NCBI GenBank assembly: GCA_051362555.1
Contig: CM120649.1
Coordinates: forward strand, 11,160,001-11,224,000
DNA from: Lingula anatina
Taxonomy: Eukaryota; Animalia; Brachiopoda
DNA length: 64,000 nucleotides
Reading direction: 5' to 3'
Position 1 is the first letter of the stretch; every line of letters begins with the position of its first letter. A program made the translations under genes and the position numbers. Shown here piece after piece: positions 25,513-40,144 of this stretch. The notes beneath the pieces were generated by a model that searched no databases, had not been told where the DNA came from, and worked only from the letters and a program-made list of their open reading frames with translations.

Positions 25513-27593
25513 ATGAATACTGCGCTGGTCGCCAGTCTACTCTTGTTGCTGAGTATAAAGCACGTTTCAGGTTAGTTCCAAGAGGTTATGTTAAATTTTA
25601 GTATATCGTTCTAAAACTTTTACCAGAAGTTCAGATATACATGTATTCTAGGGCAAGCCCACCGAGGCGGGCAATGAGTGTTAGACCTTTACATAGCAAA
25701 CATTTAAAAAATTCCTTGAAATTTCAACAGTTTTCATTATTAGACAAGACACCTGCATGGTACGTGCATATCATAGCCTGAACAGAATTGCAACCCATTC
25801 AAAGTAGACAATGCTCTCGTCCATTTCGTTATGGAAATAGAAACCAGTTCATTTCAAATGTGACTGAAAATTATTCTCAAAGGTTCTTAAATTGAAGCAA
25901 AGGTTTGGAAATAATAAACATGGTGAAATTTCCAGGACATCTACCTACATTTATTTATTAATTTATTTATTGCTATAAGAAGGTCTAACGTGAACTCTTT
26001 TTTTTTTTGACTACCTTATGTATACATTAGTTCTTATTGCAGAATGATGATTTAAAATCATATCAATAATTTATCCATAAATGAATGAATAGGAAATGAA
26101 TGACTATATGTATGCAGTGGTGCCTCTTACAGGTGGATGTGCTTGGAACTTTGTGAACGGTATTCCGAAGTGTTTCAGATACTTTTCCCAAGAACGGTCT
26201 TTCAGTGATGCAAATTACACATGCGCTAATACCGCTGACGGGGCGACGCTAGCTATGCCAAAAACTCAAGAAATCAGCGATTTCATAGAAACTATTCTGT
26301 GAGTATTGCAATTTTTTACAACGAAATGAATAGCATCAACTGAAGGCAAAGCGACTTTCATTTTCTTAAAATTATAATCGTTAGTAGTAAAATAAGTGAT
26401 TGGTTTATTTAATAAAAATATTTATCCGCTGGATTGACATAAATGTCTAGATTCATTAGTTTGCCACTGCGACATAATATATTAAATATATAGTATAATA
26501 TGAGTAGATATAACTGTAGATGGATCATTTGTACATTAACAAGGATATCTATTACAGTGGCGGATTTAGTGGGAGTCAGGGGGTCCTGATCCTCCCTTCG
26601 GTTTGCGAAAAAAAATCAAACTAATATTCTCCTCTTGAAACAGGTATTTTGACTAACTGAAGCATAGCTCTAAACCGTACCATAAGGTACCATTTTCCTG
26701 GATCCGACCCTGCACCAGTTCCTTAGTAAATCATCTTATACGTGTGAAGGCCATGGCAAAATTTATTTAAATTTCAATAGAGCGCAGCGTGCCTTGCGTT
26801 CGTTAAAGATGTACACTGCGAAATTCAACATTATCAATACTCACAAGGAGAGTAAAAAAAAAGAAGAAATTTTGAGCTCACGACTTTCTGGATCGTAACT
26901 CTGTCAGCGGTTCTAGATATACAACCCCGCCAAGCTCTCTAGGAAGAGTTGTCAATATTCCTCAAACAGAATTGGTATACCCTTGTTGAAGGCTCGTCGC
27001 GCCGCCTACAGGAAATGATTGCAGTACGCAGTAGACACACTGTTTGACACGTGGTCCTTAACAAACACATCCTCATGCTATTTGTTTGCGAATTTGGTGA
27101 TATTTTGTGGTGTCTTATCATGGGCATTTCTTTACCTCTGTGGAAATCACAGCGAAACATTGGATTTTAGCGGGTACATGTTATACATTTGAACAAATGG
27201 TGTAAAATACGGGTATTTTCACCACTATTTTGTATTTTCTTAATATATATATATATATGTATGGTTAAGTGAAAAAAGTTGAAATTACCATGATATTGAT
27301 AATTTTTACCCTTTAAAGGTGTAACTATCATTGTTTGCTTAGGACAACCAATTATTTCTCAATTCAGACTTCAAACCATTGGTTCTCAGATGATATTTTC
27401 TCAATTCAGACCTGCAAACAGTGACAATATATGGATCGGCCTGCTTTGGCTCTCAGAATTCGGAATAAATTATAATGGGATATTCGAAGACGATTTCAAG
27501 TGGCTGGACGGCACTCCGGTCACGGAAGGGTTTCAGAACTGGGGGATAGCTAATTCTGTAAGTACCAATTAAAACAGGTCTTAGGAACTGTGT

Positions 27594-27624
<31 letters not shown>

Positions 27625-27943
27625 GGGGGGAGGGGGGGAGGTCATTTCACTTATAATGATTACATTTCAGAAGGGAACTTAACTATTGTTCTAATACCCT
27701 GTATGTCACATAATAAATGTATTTTTGATAAATTAATCTTAGGTTATCATTATACATATTGCCCTGAGGCAGGCTGTGTCCTATATCAGTCATTTCCTTT
27801 ATTTTCAGTATAATGAAAATGTACCCTGTGTAGGTGTTCGCTTACGCAAATCTTTCGGCCACAGGGTGTGGTGGGACAAAGATTGCAGCTTTAACCAGTT
27901 TTCCTATATCTGTGAAGTACCGTATACATCTTGTCCGTGTACG

Positions 27944-27992
<49 letters not shown>

Positions 27993-30900
27993 TATCACTC
28001 CTCGTAGATTCATCTCAACAACTTACAATTAATTTATTAGCAAATTTGATAGGATAATATTGAGACATAAATAAGCAACGGAATTTTTATACCCAACCAA
28101 GTTGGACTAGGTAGGTGTCTATATAGCAGGTACAGCATTGGATGAAATTCATCCAATTTATTTTGTAACAGCTAGACTGAGGAACCTCTAGTAATACAAT
28201 ATAATTTTGTTTCTGCATTCCAGGTTGTTTAAGTCCATCACAAGGGAACCGCACCACGTTTAATCCGGTCTTTTCGAGATACGATGTGGGAGATACAGTG
28301 ACCTATGCCTGTGAGTCGCCTGAAGAGGGTTTGGTAGAGGGGGACCTGGAGCGCACTTGTATGGGAGCTTTCAATTGGTCAGGATTAGAGCCTGTTTGTG
28401 GTGGCTGTCCAATCCCGGCCTCTGATACAAACTACACAACACTGGTAAGAAACCAATCGTTTATACACACCTACCCTGTTGGGTACACAGTGACATACGC
28501 ATGCGCAGATAGCCGACTAGTGCACGTGGCCGGCGACCTCACGCGCACGTGTCTCACCGACTTGACGTGGTCTGGTTTGCAACCAAGATGTGACGGATGT
28601 CTGTTTCCTCCGCATGGAAACCACTCCATTCACGATCTCATCGATAACGGAGACCCTTTTGCCGTCGGAGACATAGTCTCTTACCAGTGCCTGCCAGGTT
28701 TATTGCCAATTGATGGAGACACCATTCGCACCTGCCTTGCCGACCGAACTTGGTCCGGGACACCCTTGTCCTGTTCCGGATGCTCGCCACCCGCCAATGA
28801 TACACAGTTTCTTAGTTTATACGAACCAGTCAAAGAGGAATATCAATTAAACGAAACCATCTCTTACTCTTGTATTGGTTCTTATATTTCTATACAGGGA
28901 GAAATAACACGAACATGTGACTCTAACTTAGAATGGACCGGGAATGGTTCACTACAATGTGTCGGGTGTCCGCCCCCAGAGAATGCCACATTGGCCACGT
29001 ACAGCGCTCTTAACGTCACGTACTACGAAATCGGATACCTAGTGGAGTATACATGTCTTGATGGATTTGTTTGGGTGGAAGGGGATTTAAATCTCACGTG
29101 CATGCCTTCTCTTAACTGGGATGGAACAACACCAACATGTAAGGGATGCGATGCTCCAGAAAATGGAACCCTTGCCAAGCCATCAGTTTTGGGATCGGTT
29201 TTTGGAGTAGGTGAAACTGCTCACTATGCTTGCACTGATGGCTTCTTCCTCTTCAGTGGAGATATGAACCGCACATGCCTTGATTCCCTAACGTGGTCTG
29301 GCGTCGCCCCTGAATGCCGAGGGTGCACTTTGCCCGAAATCGGGTATCTTTCCAATTACTCTCTGAGCGAAGCCCCATATTACCCATTGGGTCAGGTCGT
29401 GAACTACACTTGTCATGATGGATTCCAGATGAAAAATGGGAGCCGCAATCGAACTTGCATAATGGCCAATGGTTTTGAAGGATCAAATTGTTCTTGTATC
29501 AATTTGTCAAATGATAATGAGAATGAATTTTGCCCCATTAACTCCACCAATCAGACCATTTGTCGCGCGGAGCGTGCAGTTTGGTCCGGAACTCCTTTAA
29601 AATGTGGCGGTTGCAAACTACTGTTCAACAGCAGTAGATTTGTCATAATGCCACAAAAGAACACATACAGATTAGGGGAGTCTGTGAATTACACCTGCAA
29701 TCCAGGACTCCGTCACACGCGTGGGGACCTGACCCGCTATTGCCAGGAAAATCTCACGTGGTCCGGGAGAACGCCGTCGTGCGTAGGGTGCAGTGCGCCA
29801 GATGATGCCGATACCAGGGCCACCTACAGTCCAGCGTTAGAACCAAGGCACATGTATAGGATAAATAAAACCATCACCTACAGCTGCGACCAAAACTTTG
29901 TTAAAGTTAATGGAAACGACTTGCGTACTTGTCAGTTTGATCTGACCTGGTCAGGACATCCAATGAGGTGTGGAGGGTGTGGCCTACCAGAGCTAGGAAC
30001 AAATTCGACGCACAGTTTCGCACAATATAATGAGACGTCACAGTTTGGTATAGGAACTGTGGTGATCTATGAGTGTCTTACGGGTCATGAAAAAATTGAC
30101 GGGGATTGGAACCGCACTTGTTTGGGGACCCTCAACTGGTCAGGAGGGGCTTTGTCTTGCTCAGGTAAGATTCCGGAATACGTGACTTAAAGCGTTTAGT
30201 GGCCAGACTACAGTCTGTTCTCTATAGCTTAGCCGTAAAAATACTTTGAGGTAAGAAATGTTTATAGCAATACTTAAATATGTTTCGTGTTTTGCTTTAT
30301 GGGTTTGATAATGACAAAAACACAGAAGAAGTAGGGTGTACAGTTTATGGAAGAAAAGTACCAAGGCAGATGAGACACGAAAACTCAACTTAAATTTGAT
30401 AGATGGATTAAAATTTAAAAAGTGTGGACGCCAAACAACAATGATGGCTTAAAACTACAATGTTCTCACGACGATATGTCCACACAAATATGTCTGACAC
30501 TGCGACACATTGCAAGCCTCAGGAATTATCATTTCTAAATGATCATAATTTACTGAAAATATTACGTTTCTTTTCAATACGATGTTAGTGTAGATATGCA
30601 TGTATTTGAAATTAACGGATACTTGACCAACTGGAATGTTCATGTGTTATCAATTTGTTGGGAACGAACAAGTGCCCTATTTTCGAACTTAAAGGCATAC
30701 CATGTTCGTTAGACTCCTATAAAATAAACAAAAAAGAATAAATACATATTTATAGACAGGATATCATAACACCATTGGCAAAATGGCAATACATAAATTT
30801 GTCTTTGAGTTTTATTTTTCTGATCGTAACGTCAACAGTGATGTACACCAGTATACCAGTAGGCCATTGCAACAATGCAGGCTAAAAATGGACTCAAAAA

Positions 30901-32265
30901 GGAGTTTACGGATCGTACTTCTGTGAACAATTTTAAATATGATATACAGCGGTACTGTGGTAATTAAAAAAAAGCTGAGCTGCTGAAACGAATTAATTTT
31001 GTTGCTAAATAATTAAAGGCCAATCTCTCATTATTTATTGCTATAGTTCCAGAATCAACAACAGGACCATCCACTAATGTGACGATTACAACTACTAGAA
31101 GTGATTCAGACTCATTATGTGACGAGCCGCCAATTATACCGCATACGAAAGGTACGTTGGTGGACAATGACATTGGCACTGCTCCTACCGAACGTGTCGC
31201 CATCTTTCGGTGCGATGTGGGCTACTGGTTTCAGGAAAATAGGATCTATGAACAGCATGTCACATGCCTTCACTGGAACACTATCTCGCCTTGTACAGGT
31301 ATATACATGGAAACCAGTTACATTTTTAACAAGTGAATAAATAAATAAAAATCAAAGAAATAAAAGCAATAAATAAAATTAAAATGTGTATGAAGATGCA
31401 AAATGTGTGCCAAATACTTAGAGATAAAATTGCTTCGAAAGGACCATTTTCAAAAGTTACATAAATCAGTTCCTTAGCAGCATTATCACCTTCGCCTCTT
31501 TCTCAGTGGCAGATAGTTTTAATACTTACTGTACTTTGCCTTACAGCGGTGCAATGCCCCCCTCCACTCCAAAGCGGTTCAGCTATTCTACTAAGACAAA
31601 CCCAAGGGCAATACGTGTTCAACTCCACGGTGGAGTACCGCTGCCCTAACGGCACCTATCTCCCTGACGGCAAGAGATCTCGGTTCTCCAGGTGTACTCA
31701 GAGAGGGGTGTGGTCGGCCTATCCCCCTGCATGTACAGGTAGGTGGACAGCAGGGGTTCCAGAGAACACAGTGGTAACCTACTGTGAGTGTATGTTAACC
31801 GGGTTTATTTTTGTTCTTGGACGTGCGTGTGTCAGTGGGTGCACACTTGTGCATGTTATATATAATATTAGAAAAAATGGAAGAATATAGAAAAAGGTGA
31901 TTTTGACTGAAGTTGTGTTTAGAGAATTTTGTGGTATATTTAATGTTTTCTTGAAGATTTGTGAATTGTATAGGTACGTTGTTGAACGTCCTTTTTTAAT
32001 TTATACATCAGCGTCTGTGCCAAGAGTTACCCGGCGACAACGAAAATTTTCCGCAATACCGAAAGAGGCGAGTCTGAGCGTCGTGGTTCCCTGTGGCACA
32101 CTTGCCATAGGACTTCTGCTGGGCATCAGTATTATTTTATTTGTATTGGACGCCCGGACGTTACTTGTGCAAATCCAAAAGGGACTACGTAACGTGCAAC
32201 GCTTCTGTGGACGTTATAAGGGTCTTCGTAGACGGCAGTCGAGTGCGTACATCAGCAGGGGATAG
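25513..32265 (+). CDS. C-type lectin + ~12 sushi/CCP domain type I membrane protein (selectin/furrowed-like), paralogue A
   Basis: Exons 25513-25570 (signal peptide MNTALVASLLLLLSIKHVSG), 26133-26298, 27410-27557 (IWIGL..FKWLDGT), 27809-27938 (WWDKDC..YICE), 28224-30164 (10 CCP), 31047/31053-31298, 31547-31738, 32012-32265 (TM VVVPCGTLAIGLLLGISIILFVL plus basic tail). Probable non-coding exon ending at ~24721. Confidence 0.9.
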
Positions 32266-33244
32266 TCAGTGGCGTACCTTTGCTCTAACGGATTCAAGGT
32301 TTTGCTAAAGGGGAGGCATTTTATGAATAGTGTATTTCCCTAGTTTCTTTCTTCTAATATGATATACAGTCGGCGAGGACATATAGGGCACAAAGATTGA
32401 ATAGACATTTGCAACTCATACGCACCTCTACACTAGGTGTAGCAGAGCCTTAGGGCAAACAGAGCTGAGAGAGTGCGCGTGCTTATTGTGCCACCCCTTG
32501 ACGGTCGCTTTTACCTGGGCATGAAAGATGTGTTCATCTTTTATAGCGACTAGGAAGTGTCTACGTGGGCATGGTGCATGTGAGGACAGCAAAATATAAA
32601 GTGGGCGCAATAATTCTACCAGGTCGGTTTCTAGTCAATGTTCATTAAAGTATCATTGAAACTATATAGTTTTTAATTTTCTGGCAATTGTGCTGCCATC
32701 ATGTGGTCAAAATTGAAAGCTTGTATACTGTGATGTCAGTTTCTCACAAATTGTCATTTTCAAGATTTGACTGAAGCTGTGTGCTTCTTAGATTTTCTGA
32801 ATAACCACATCAAATGGAAGGTATATAATGGGGTAAGGGTGAACTGCTCTAGTGGATGCCCTTGATCAAAGGGCGTTTTTGGTCTGAGCATACAAGATTA
32901 CCGTTTCAAGTTTACTGCAAAAGCAAAACCGGCAAAGTAAAATGCATGCAACGAATTTATTTCATTAAAAAATTAGACTTGTTAATGTTTAATCACACTG
33001 TATTGCAATGTAACAATGAATGTTAAAATAAACCAATATCACCCCTACACTAAAGTTATATATCGTAATGTGTGTGTAACGAGCAAAATGGGTGTTTGTT
33101 CTTAATTCGCTCATCAAATCAATGAATTTGTTCTGATATTTTGAAACTACAACATCTCGTATCGTGTAAATATTAGCCTTTTTTACCCAGGTTAAACAGA
33201 TTGTTTAAAAGAATTATTTCTTTATAGCAATGTCTTTTCTTAAA

Positions 33245-35620
33245 ATTCATCCTGCCTGAGAAGTATGGTGAACCCAAATCTTCCCCAGTTTTACTTACAG
33301 AATTTGAAATGTGCAGAGATGTTCTGTATCAGTAGCTCTGTACATTCACTTGTAGTAACCCTAAATATCGATTTTATTACCTCCGCCAAGGAGGTTATGT
33401 TTTCATCCCTGTTTGTTTGTCTTTCTGTCTTTATGTTTGTCATCAACATAATTCAAAAAGTTATGGATGAATATCGATGGAATTTTTCAGGGTATGTCAG
33501 AAATGGGTTAACTTAGAAGTGATTAGTTTTTGGGTGGTGATCCGGATCAATAATCAATCAATAATCAATAATCAAACATTTAGGGGTGAAACGGCATTGG
33601 GTGTAGACTTTGGTGCCTTGGCGGAGGTCTGCGCTCTCGAAGTGCTTTTCTAGTTTTTCAATATTTCCAAAGTGAAAACAGCTACGCATCTGTTGAGGCA
33701 TGATGTAATGGATGGGATATGGGTAACGGTTTCAAGAAGCAACCCCTGTTAAATGTCATACCGCAATAATTGAAATTAACAGTACAGTTTGATACTTTCA
33801 TACAATAGACTGGATGTACCTACATGTTATGGTATTGTAACAACATACATGTATAAAAGATTAAAATATTTATTACAGAATTAAAAGTCCATGTCTCACA
33901 TGCCACGTCGCATCCCCAATCCCGCTTCACATTCATGACCTCTGACCTACATCACGTGACTTATTACATCATTACATCACACTATTAAGTAGGGTTATTA
34001 ATTAATTGAATAATTAATATTTGTGACTTAATATTTCGACATATTTTTAAAAGTTTATTACATATCATGGTTGAAAAAGTCATTAAGTTCTTCAGTTAAA
34101 ATATTACAGAAAAAATCATAAATTCGTTTGTAAAAGTGGACCGAGTTTTTCAGAATAAATGTGCTAGATGTGACGAGAAAGTATTTCCCTATCAAACATT
34201 GTGTCAGATGCCCTTTTCCCCACCTTGGCTTATTACCACTAACATGGTAGTACAAAACATCAGTAAGTGTAATAATGCTATTTTAATAGTGTATATAAAA
34301 TTGAAATTGATGTTTGTGTGTTGAAACGACACCTTATGGATAACATAACTTATATATTTGTCGAATTTTTTAGAAGCAATATAAAATATATAATTCTATT
34401 TTTAATTAATTATTCGTAGTTGAACTTTTCACCTTCAGTTACAAAGGAAGAAAATGCATTTACTTTCCATCCTCTCCGGTCATATTTTTATCTTTTATGT
34501 ACCAGTGCAATCAATATGATGTTATGGCAGAAAAAAAAGCTGTGGAGCCGCAGGAAGTTCTTCTACATTAATACCTATACAATACTTACTACACCACATG
34601 GTAGGTCGTGAAAACAAAAGAAAATCTTTGCTCCTTAAACATCTATAGTCTCCACTATATCTTAGCTTACTGGTTCCACGAACCTCTAGGGTCTTAGAAA
34701 CAAGTAGCCGCAATATGAAGCAGTGGTCAGTAAGTGAACAGTTACGCAAAGTTTTACAGGGCTGCCTGGCTTCAGTTTTGTTGGCAGTCAGGGTGGGGCC
34801 CTTGCTGACAAAGCACACAGGTTTTTATTGACTGTTTCCAAGCAAGAAGTTTTGAAATAGATTATATCCAGGTATTCTAATCTACCATTTCACTAAGTAG
34901 AATAATTTGCATTTGAAAAGCATTTTAAATTCTAGAACAAATAATTATCCCATAAGCATTGTTTGAAAGACTGACATGCTATTTTTTTTTGATCAAATTT
35001 TATTCAAGTGCCAAAGATAATCAAAAAGCGAAACTTTGGTTATCAAAAATTGACAGCTCATTGAAAATACTTTTTGTGTAAAACCTTAACAGTCGTTGAT
35101 GTATAAAAAGCGTTTAAGATATTGATACATCGGATACCTTGGATTGAAAAGCTATCAAATGAGAGAGTTCGCCAAAATTTGAATTTCAGAGATGACTGCG
35201 GAAAGACATAAGCCAACGAAAGCTTTGTTGTGTTGGGCGTATACAACGGCATGACTCCCATACTTAGATAAGCAACAACAAGGAGTGGACAGAAGCAACG
35301 ACCAACGAATGTGCAGAAACATACATGTTTGCCAACGCTTGGATCAAGCAAGGCACCTGATCGATTGAATAGCTCGTTGGCGGAGATCTGTTCAATTTAA
35401 CATAAGACCTGATACGGATTCCAAGATGCAGATTTGTCATTTTTTTTAAAAGAAGATCAACCAGGAAACGGAAATCAGCCAAGATATCTACTATTGTTCA
35501 ATTGTTCAATTTTCAAAGATGTTATTAATAAAATATTGAAGCATCAAGTGTCTTTTGCTTGTATGTTGATAATCCTAGAAAGGCTGTACTGTACTTATAC
35601 ATTTGTCATGCCAAAATAAG
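33245..35620 (+). pseudogene. Decayed partial duplicate of anosmin-1 (FN3-2 exons, introns and 3' UTR end)
   Basis: 33250-33340 ~ 15583-15680; 33665-33700 ~ exon 15728; 34136-34275 ~ 16016-16150; 34505-34600 ~ exon 16384-16477 with an in-frame TGA and a frameshift (..KKKLWSRRKFFYINTYTILTTPHG); 35410-35620 ~ 3' UTR 21580-21760. Confidence 0.85.
33374..33655 (+). mobile_element. Helentron-derived non-autonomous element (HINE/DINE-like)
   Basis: Sub-terminal IR ACCTCCGCCAAGG / CCTTGGCGGAGGT, (GTTT/GTCT)n tract, 3' hairpin then CTAG, inserted in a T-tract and absent from the parental anosmin intron. A related reversed remnant lies at ~54900-55080. Confidence 0.75.
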
Positions 35621-38600
35621 AAATGAATATGTTAAATTTAAGTGCATCTATAAAGATCTTTGTTTGGTAGAATGTCCGAGCTTTCGGCTTGTTCGCTTTC
35701 TTGAGAGATCCAAAAATGATATACCAGAATAGGTACGGCTGGTGAGCAAAAATGTTGTGAGCAGCAAACTTTGAGTTTCCCCAGCAAAGTTTGCTACTAA
35801 CAACATACTTAAGTCATGGCTATACTTGAATTAAGAAATTACCGTAACAAAGTAGGGGAAACGAGCGAACATGGCACGCGCCTTACATATGGGACAAATA
35901 GTCAGTTTCACGATGGAAAATAAATCGTCAAAATTATATCTCCTAAGAAATCTTTCTCTCACATCTATTTTGTTGTTCCTTCTGAAATTGCTTTAGGGCG
36001 AAATTGGACTTGACAGTCATCAATAGTATATACATCAGGAGCGATCTATTTTGGCAACGTACCCATTATGCCGGTGCACATATACCCTGTGAGTGGCTTA
36101 AGTTTCTACAGAAAACGGAATGTTCGTGAGTGGTATTCAATAGTAAAAACCTCGGGCGAATTTTTCGTACAAAAATTAAATGAATTTTAAGTGAATGTGA
36201 AATTTGGATTAATATTTTTCTCTTCGGAATAAAGAAAGCTTACTCATACGGGAACGCAATAATTTTCCAGAGGTCGATAACGAAACGTTGCCAAAATATG
36301 TTAAAATGTCCACCTCCCTGATATTTACCCTTATTTAACGAAAAGGAAGAAAGGAAGCGGAAGTTAACATTTCAAATGGTTTTGTCTCATGGGTCAATTT
36401 AAATGTTTGGTCACAATTGATCTGGGCACTTCTTTATTAAGTAAGTAAAGAAAATGCATTTGGTTTTCTCTTTGAGCTCAATAACAATTTTAAACTACAA
36501 TGTCAGTTTGGAAATGAATATATTCATTTTTCATTGCGCTGCAGGGGAAATAATTTTTTGACTGTAAAGCTTTTTCCACATTTGTGCCACGTCCTTGTCC
36601 TTACTAGCATAAATTTGTTCTAGTTTGTATATCGCACGTGTCACATACCTAATCATTTTATATACATTAAAAAATAGTAATCACCTTTTAGAATTTACAG
36701 ATTTTTGTATGCTTTATATTTTGTTGTAAACCTTGTTATTGTCCTACACTACTGCTATAATAATAATAATAATTATTATTATTATAACCTATGACGTTGT
36801 CAATCTCTCAAAGTGATCAGGTTCAGTGAATTTTATGAACTGCACATGTTCAGGTTAAGTGCAACTCTATCGTTTGCATCCGTCTTCACGCAGTGAAAGG
36901 CAAACACAAACTATGGCCATTAAACGATTTGTAGGCCCCATACTGTCTACCCTGTTGGCTTTCTTTAATAGTGGGTATTATGTCTGTCGTCCGAAGTACA
37001 ATATTTGCGATGATACGCAGTTTTAATTAACCAAACACACTTCCTTCAATTTTCATTAGTTAAGAGTAAAAACAAATGAAGTATTGATGCATATCATATA
37101 GTCCTTACCTCAGTTTAATTAGAATTGAGAACCTAAGTATATATTTTGCACACAAAGTTTGACAAGTTAATTGACGGTGCCTTGCAAATATACATTGGAA
37201 AAATATTTTTGATGAAAATTGCGTTCAGTTTTGCCGTCTTTCAAATTCTAGCCACAAGTATAACTTTTGAGTTTCTGTGTCTTAAGCAAATTTAATATGT
37301 ATAAGGCAATCGAAGGCATCCGGTGGAATGGCTCGTGTGTGTCTGTAACGATAAATCAAAGATTCAAAATCACGTACCTAATATTAAGAGCATGCATTCA
37401 ATACTGTGACGCCAACTGTTGGGAACTGAAAAAAGGAAGAAACACGTCAATGAAAACGAACTTGCCCACTGTCCTTGTCCTTTAGGCTTTTCTACTATTT
37501 CCCAATTTCAAGTTCTTCTTACATAATACTGTCTACATGTATGTATCGTTTATTATCCTAAACGAGTTAATTTTTTCCCAGTGCTTTTTTTCGATTTTTA
37601 CACATAATTATCCTTAAAGGGCTATGTTTTTGTGGACAATCATAACAATGCCACAATGCGTGTGTAGTAATTAATTTCCACTCACTGTTTCTTGCTTGTC
37701 TCAAAATGTTAAGTGCACAAACATAAACCCCAGATTTGTAAATTAATTTTAATAGAAGTGGATGTGAAGTAACGCAAGTGTACGTGTGCAATTTGAGTAA
37801 TTAAGCTTTGTAAGCACCGCGCAATAGTGCAGCAATGAATCCACCTTAGATAAAGAATTTGGATATAAGACGTTCAGAATTTATATCTGGGAGATCAGAT
37901 TTAGAGAGACCGCTTGGGATAACTAAGAAGACGCACGCGAGTTATGGGAGATGGTTCAGAAGTTGGAGACTTCACGTAGATCATGTAGTTAGCGAGCGTC
38001 AACAAATAAACCATTTAACTTGTCATTACGTACATTTGGTTTTCTTGGAGCAACTTTACGTAAATCTGACACGAATCGTGGAATTTCGGATTGCGTTATG
38101 CGCGTTATAAAAAGGCATTACATAAGTATACAAGTTTTCATTACAGAAGGTAATATTTTATGGCGTTAACCCTAGATGCGTACACGCCAGCCCCGTCCTC
38201 TCTGGGCGTATTGATCAGCTCTTAAGTGAGCCATCCTGGGAATGGATCCCGGCATTGTTTATCAGGCACCGCTATTGATGGATAGATCAAACATAGTCTT
38301 TGAATAAACAAAATTTCTTATTTTTCTGTACTTGAAATGGAACAGTTGATGCCCATCTCCTGGTGAAAATAATTACAATGGTAAAATCATTTTCAGTAAA
38401 ACCAACAGAGTGTTGAGTTAATTGATTCAAATGCATATCAGTTCGATTTGGTCTTCCTTTTCGTTGTGTTCCTTTTCATTTGGTTTTGTGAATATAACGA
38501 TATGGCATTAAATTCATCTTTTGAATTAAAACACGAAGTTGGCCCCACCGTGTTAGATGTTCATTCAAGATTGGTGACCTTCCCGTGTCTAACCACAACA

Positions 38601-40144
38601 GTTAAGAAAAAAATTAAGGGAAAATTAATACCATGGAAAGAGGTACACTTTGGTGTTAGAAAAAAGGAAAACGTTCAATTGAAAGGACTGAGCAAACCGA
38701 AGACTATTTGTTGCTGGAAGTCAAATCAAAAGACGGTAGGTAAAAATCAAGCAATAAAAAACGGCTAACTGTGAAATCATTAAGTATAAAATGTTATTTG
38801 TTTCTTTGAAATATTGTTAGCCTTTGACAAAACTTAATTGGTTATTGACTTACATGTATGCTTTTGGATAATAGATACATCTTCTTTGTTCAGAGGCTAA
38901 ATTAATTAACATTTACACACATGTCATCTTATTGTGATTTTGGCGTAAAAATAGAAAATCGGTTTTTCAAATTTTTCTTTTACTTGAGCACCCACGAACA
39001 CCGTCTAAACGCCAATTTAATGACACCATTCAGTACTCCAAAATCCTGCCAACGGTTTTTCTTTAAAGGCCTTAGTTCAGAGTTTATTCTTTATAAAGCA
39101 AAATAATACCTTTGTTTAATGAATATCTGTAATTGTAATCTGTAATCTCTTAACTCCAAAACAAAACACTTAAACCAAAATGACGGCACAAGATTCTGGC
39201 CCATACACTAGTGGTCAACTATGCCAATTTTTGTGATAACATCTTGTTGAGAGATGAAGCTGCGCCCCATCTCACCTCAAAATAGAGAGGTGTTAAACTG
39301 ACGATTAAAGCTTTGAGTTGACTATGCTTATACATTGCAACGAGAAATATAAAAGCCGACACTGTTTATTTTTGAGGGGATTTTTATTTATTTACGAATA
39401 CAGCACAAAATAGAATGCATGTATTTGGATGATAATGTGGATGATAATAAAGGCTTACAATACCCTTAAGCGTTGCATACAATTTTAGGATACCTGAATG
39501 GGCAGGAGCTTGTGGTGTTTTCTACATTTCATATTTTCATCGGAGTGTGTTACAATGTGACGAGGCTATTTTAATAAGAATAAAAAGATAAATATTTCAT
39601 TTTTTGGACTACTGAACTTAAAAGGCCTATGGAAAAGTGTTCTTGGCCCTGGCGTTGGCGTAAATAAAAAGCAAATAAGTTGTATGGAGGAAACAATTCA
39701 TCCACATAGCTGTTTTTCTTAATGGTAATTTTACACATTACACTACTTTTATTTTGCGCCGCATGATTTTCCTTACCCTTTTCATTCACTGAAACGTTTC
39801 TACGAAACAAAATTTGTTCATTTTCACCAGGTAGGTGTGCGTACTAGCTATATGGGATGCACCCCCCGCCCTATTCTTTGAAAGTACCCCCGCCCCATTT
39901 TCCTCTAAAATACATAAAAGCGCGACAAAACCAAGCATATCTCTCATCCCTGTTCTGTATATATTGTAGAAAAAATGCCTTCATCTACCTTTTACATGAT
40001 AAACTTTTTTATCATTTGTCAATCTCTCTCACAAAACTGGACGGGTCACTATAGTAAAATACTCGTGTGTCTGCTTATGGTAATGTGATATACGAAATAA
40101 AGTCTTTGGAATAATATTCACGAAAATTCTGATTTTCATTACAG

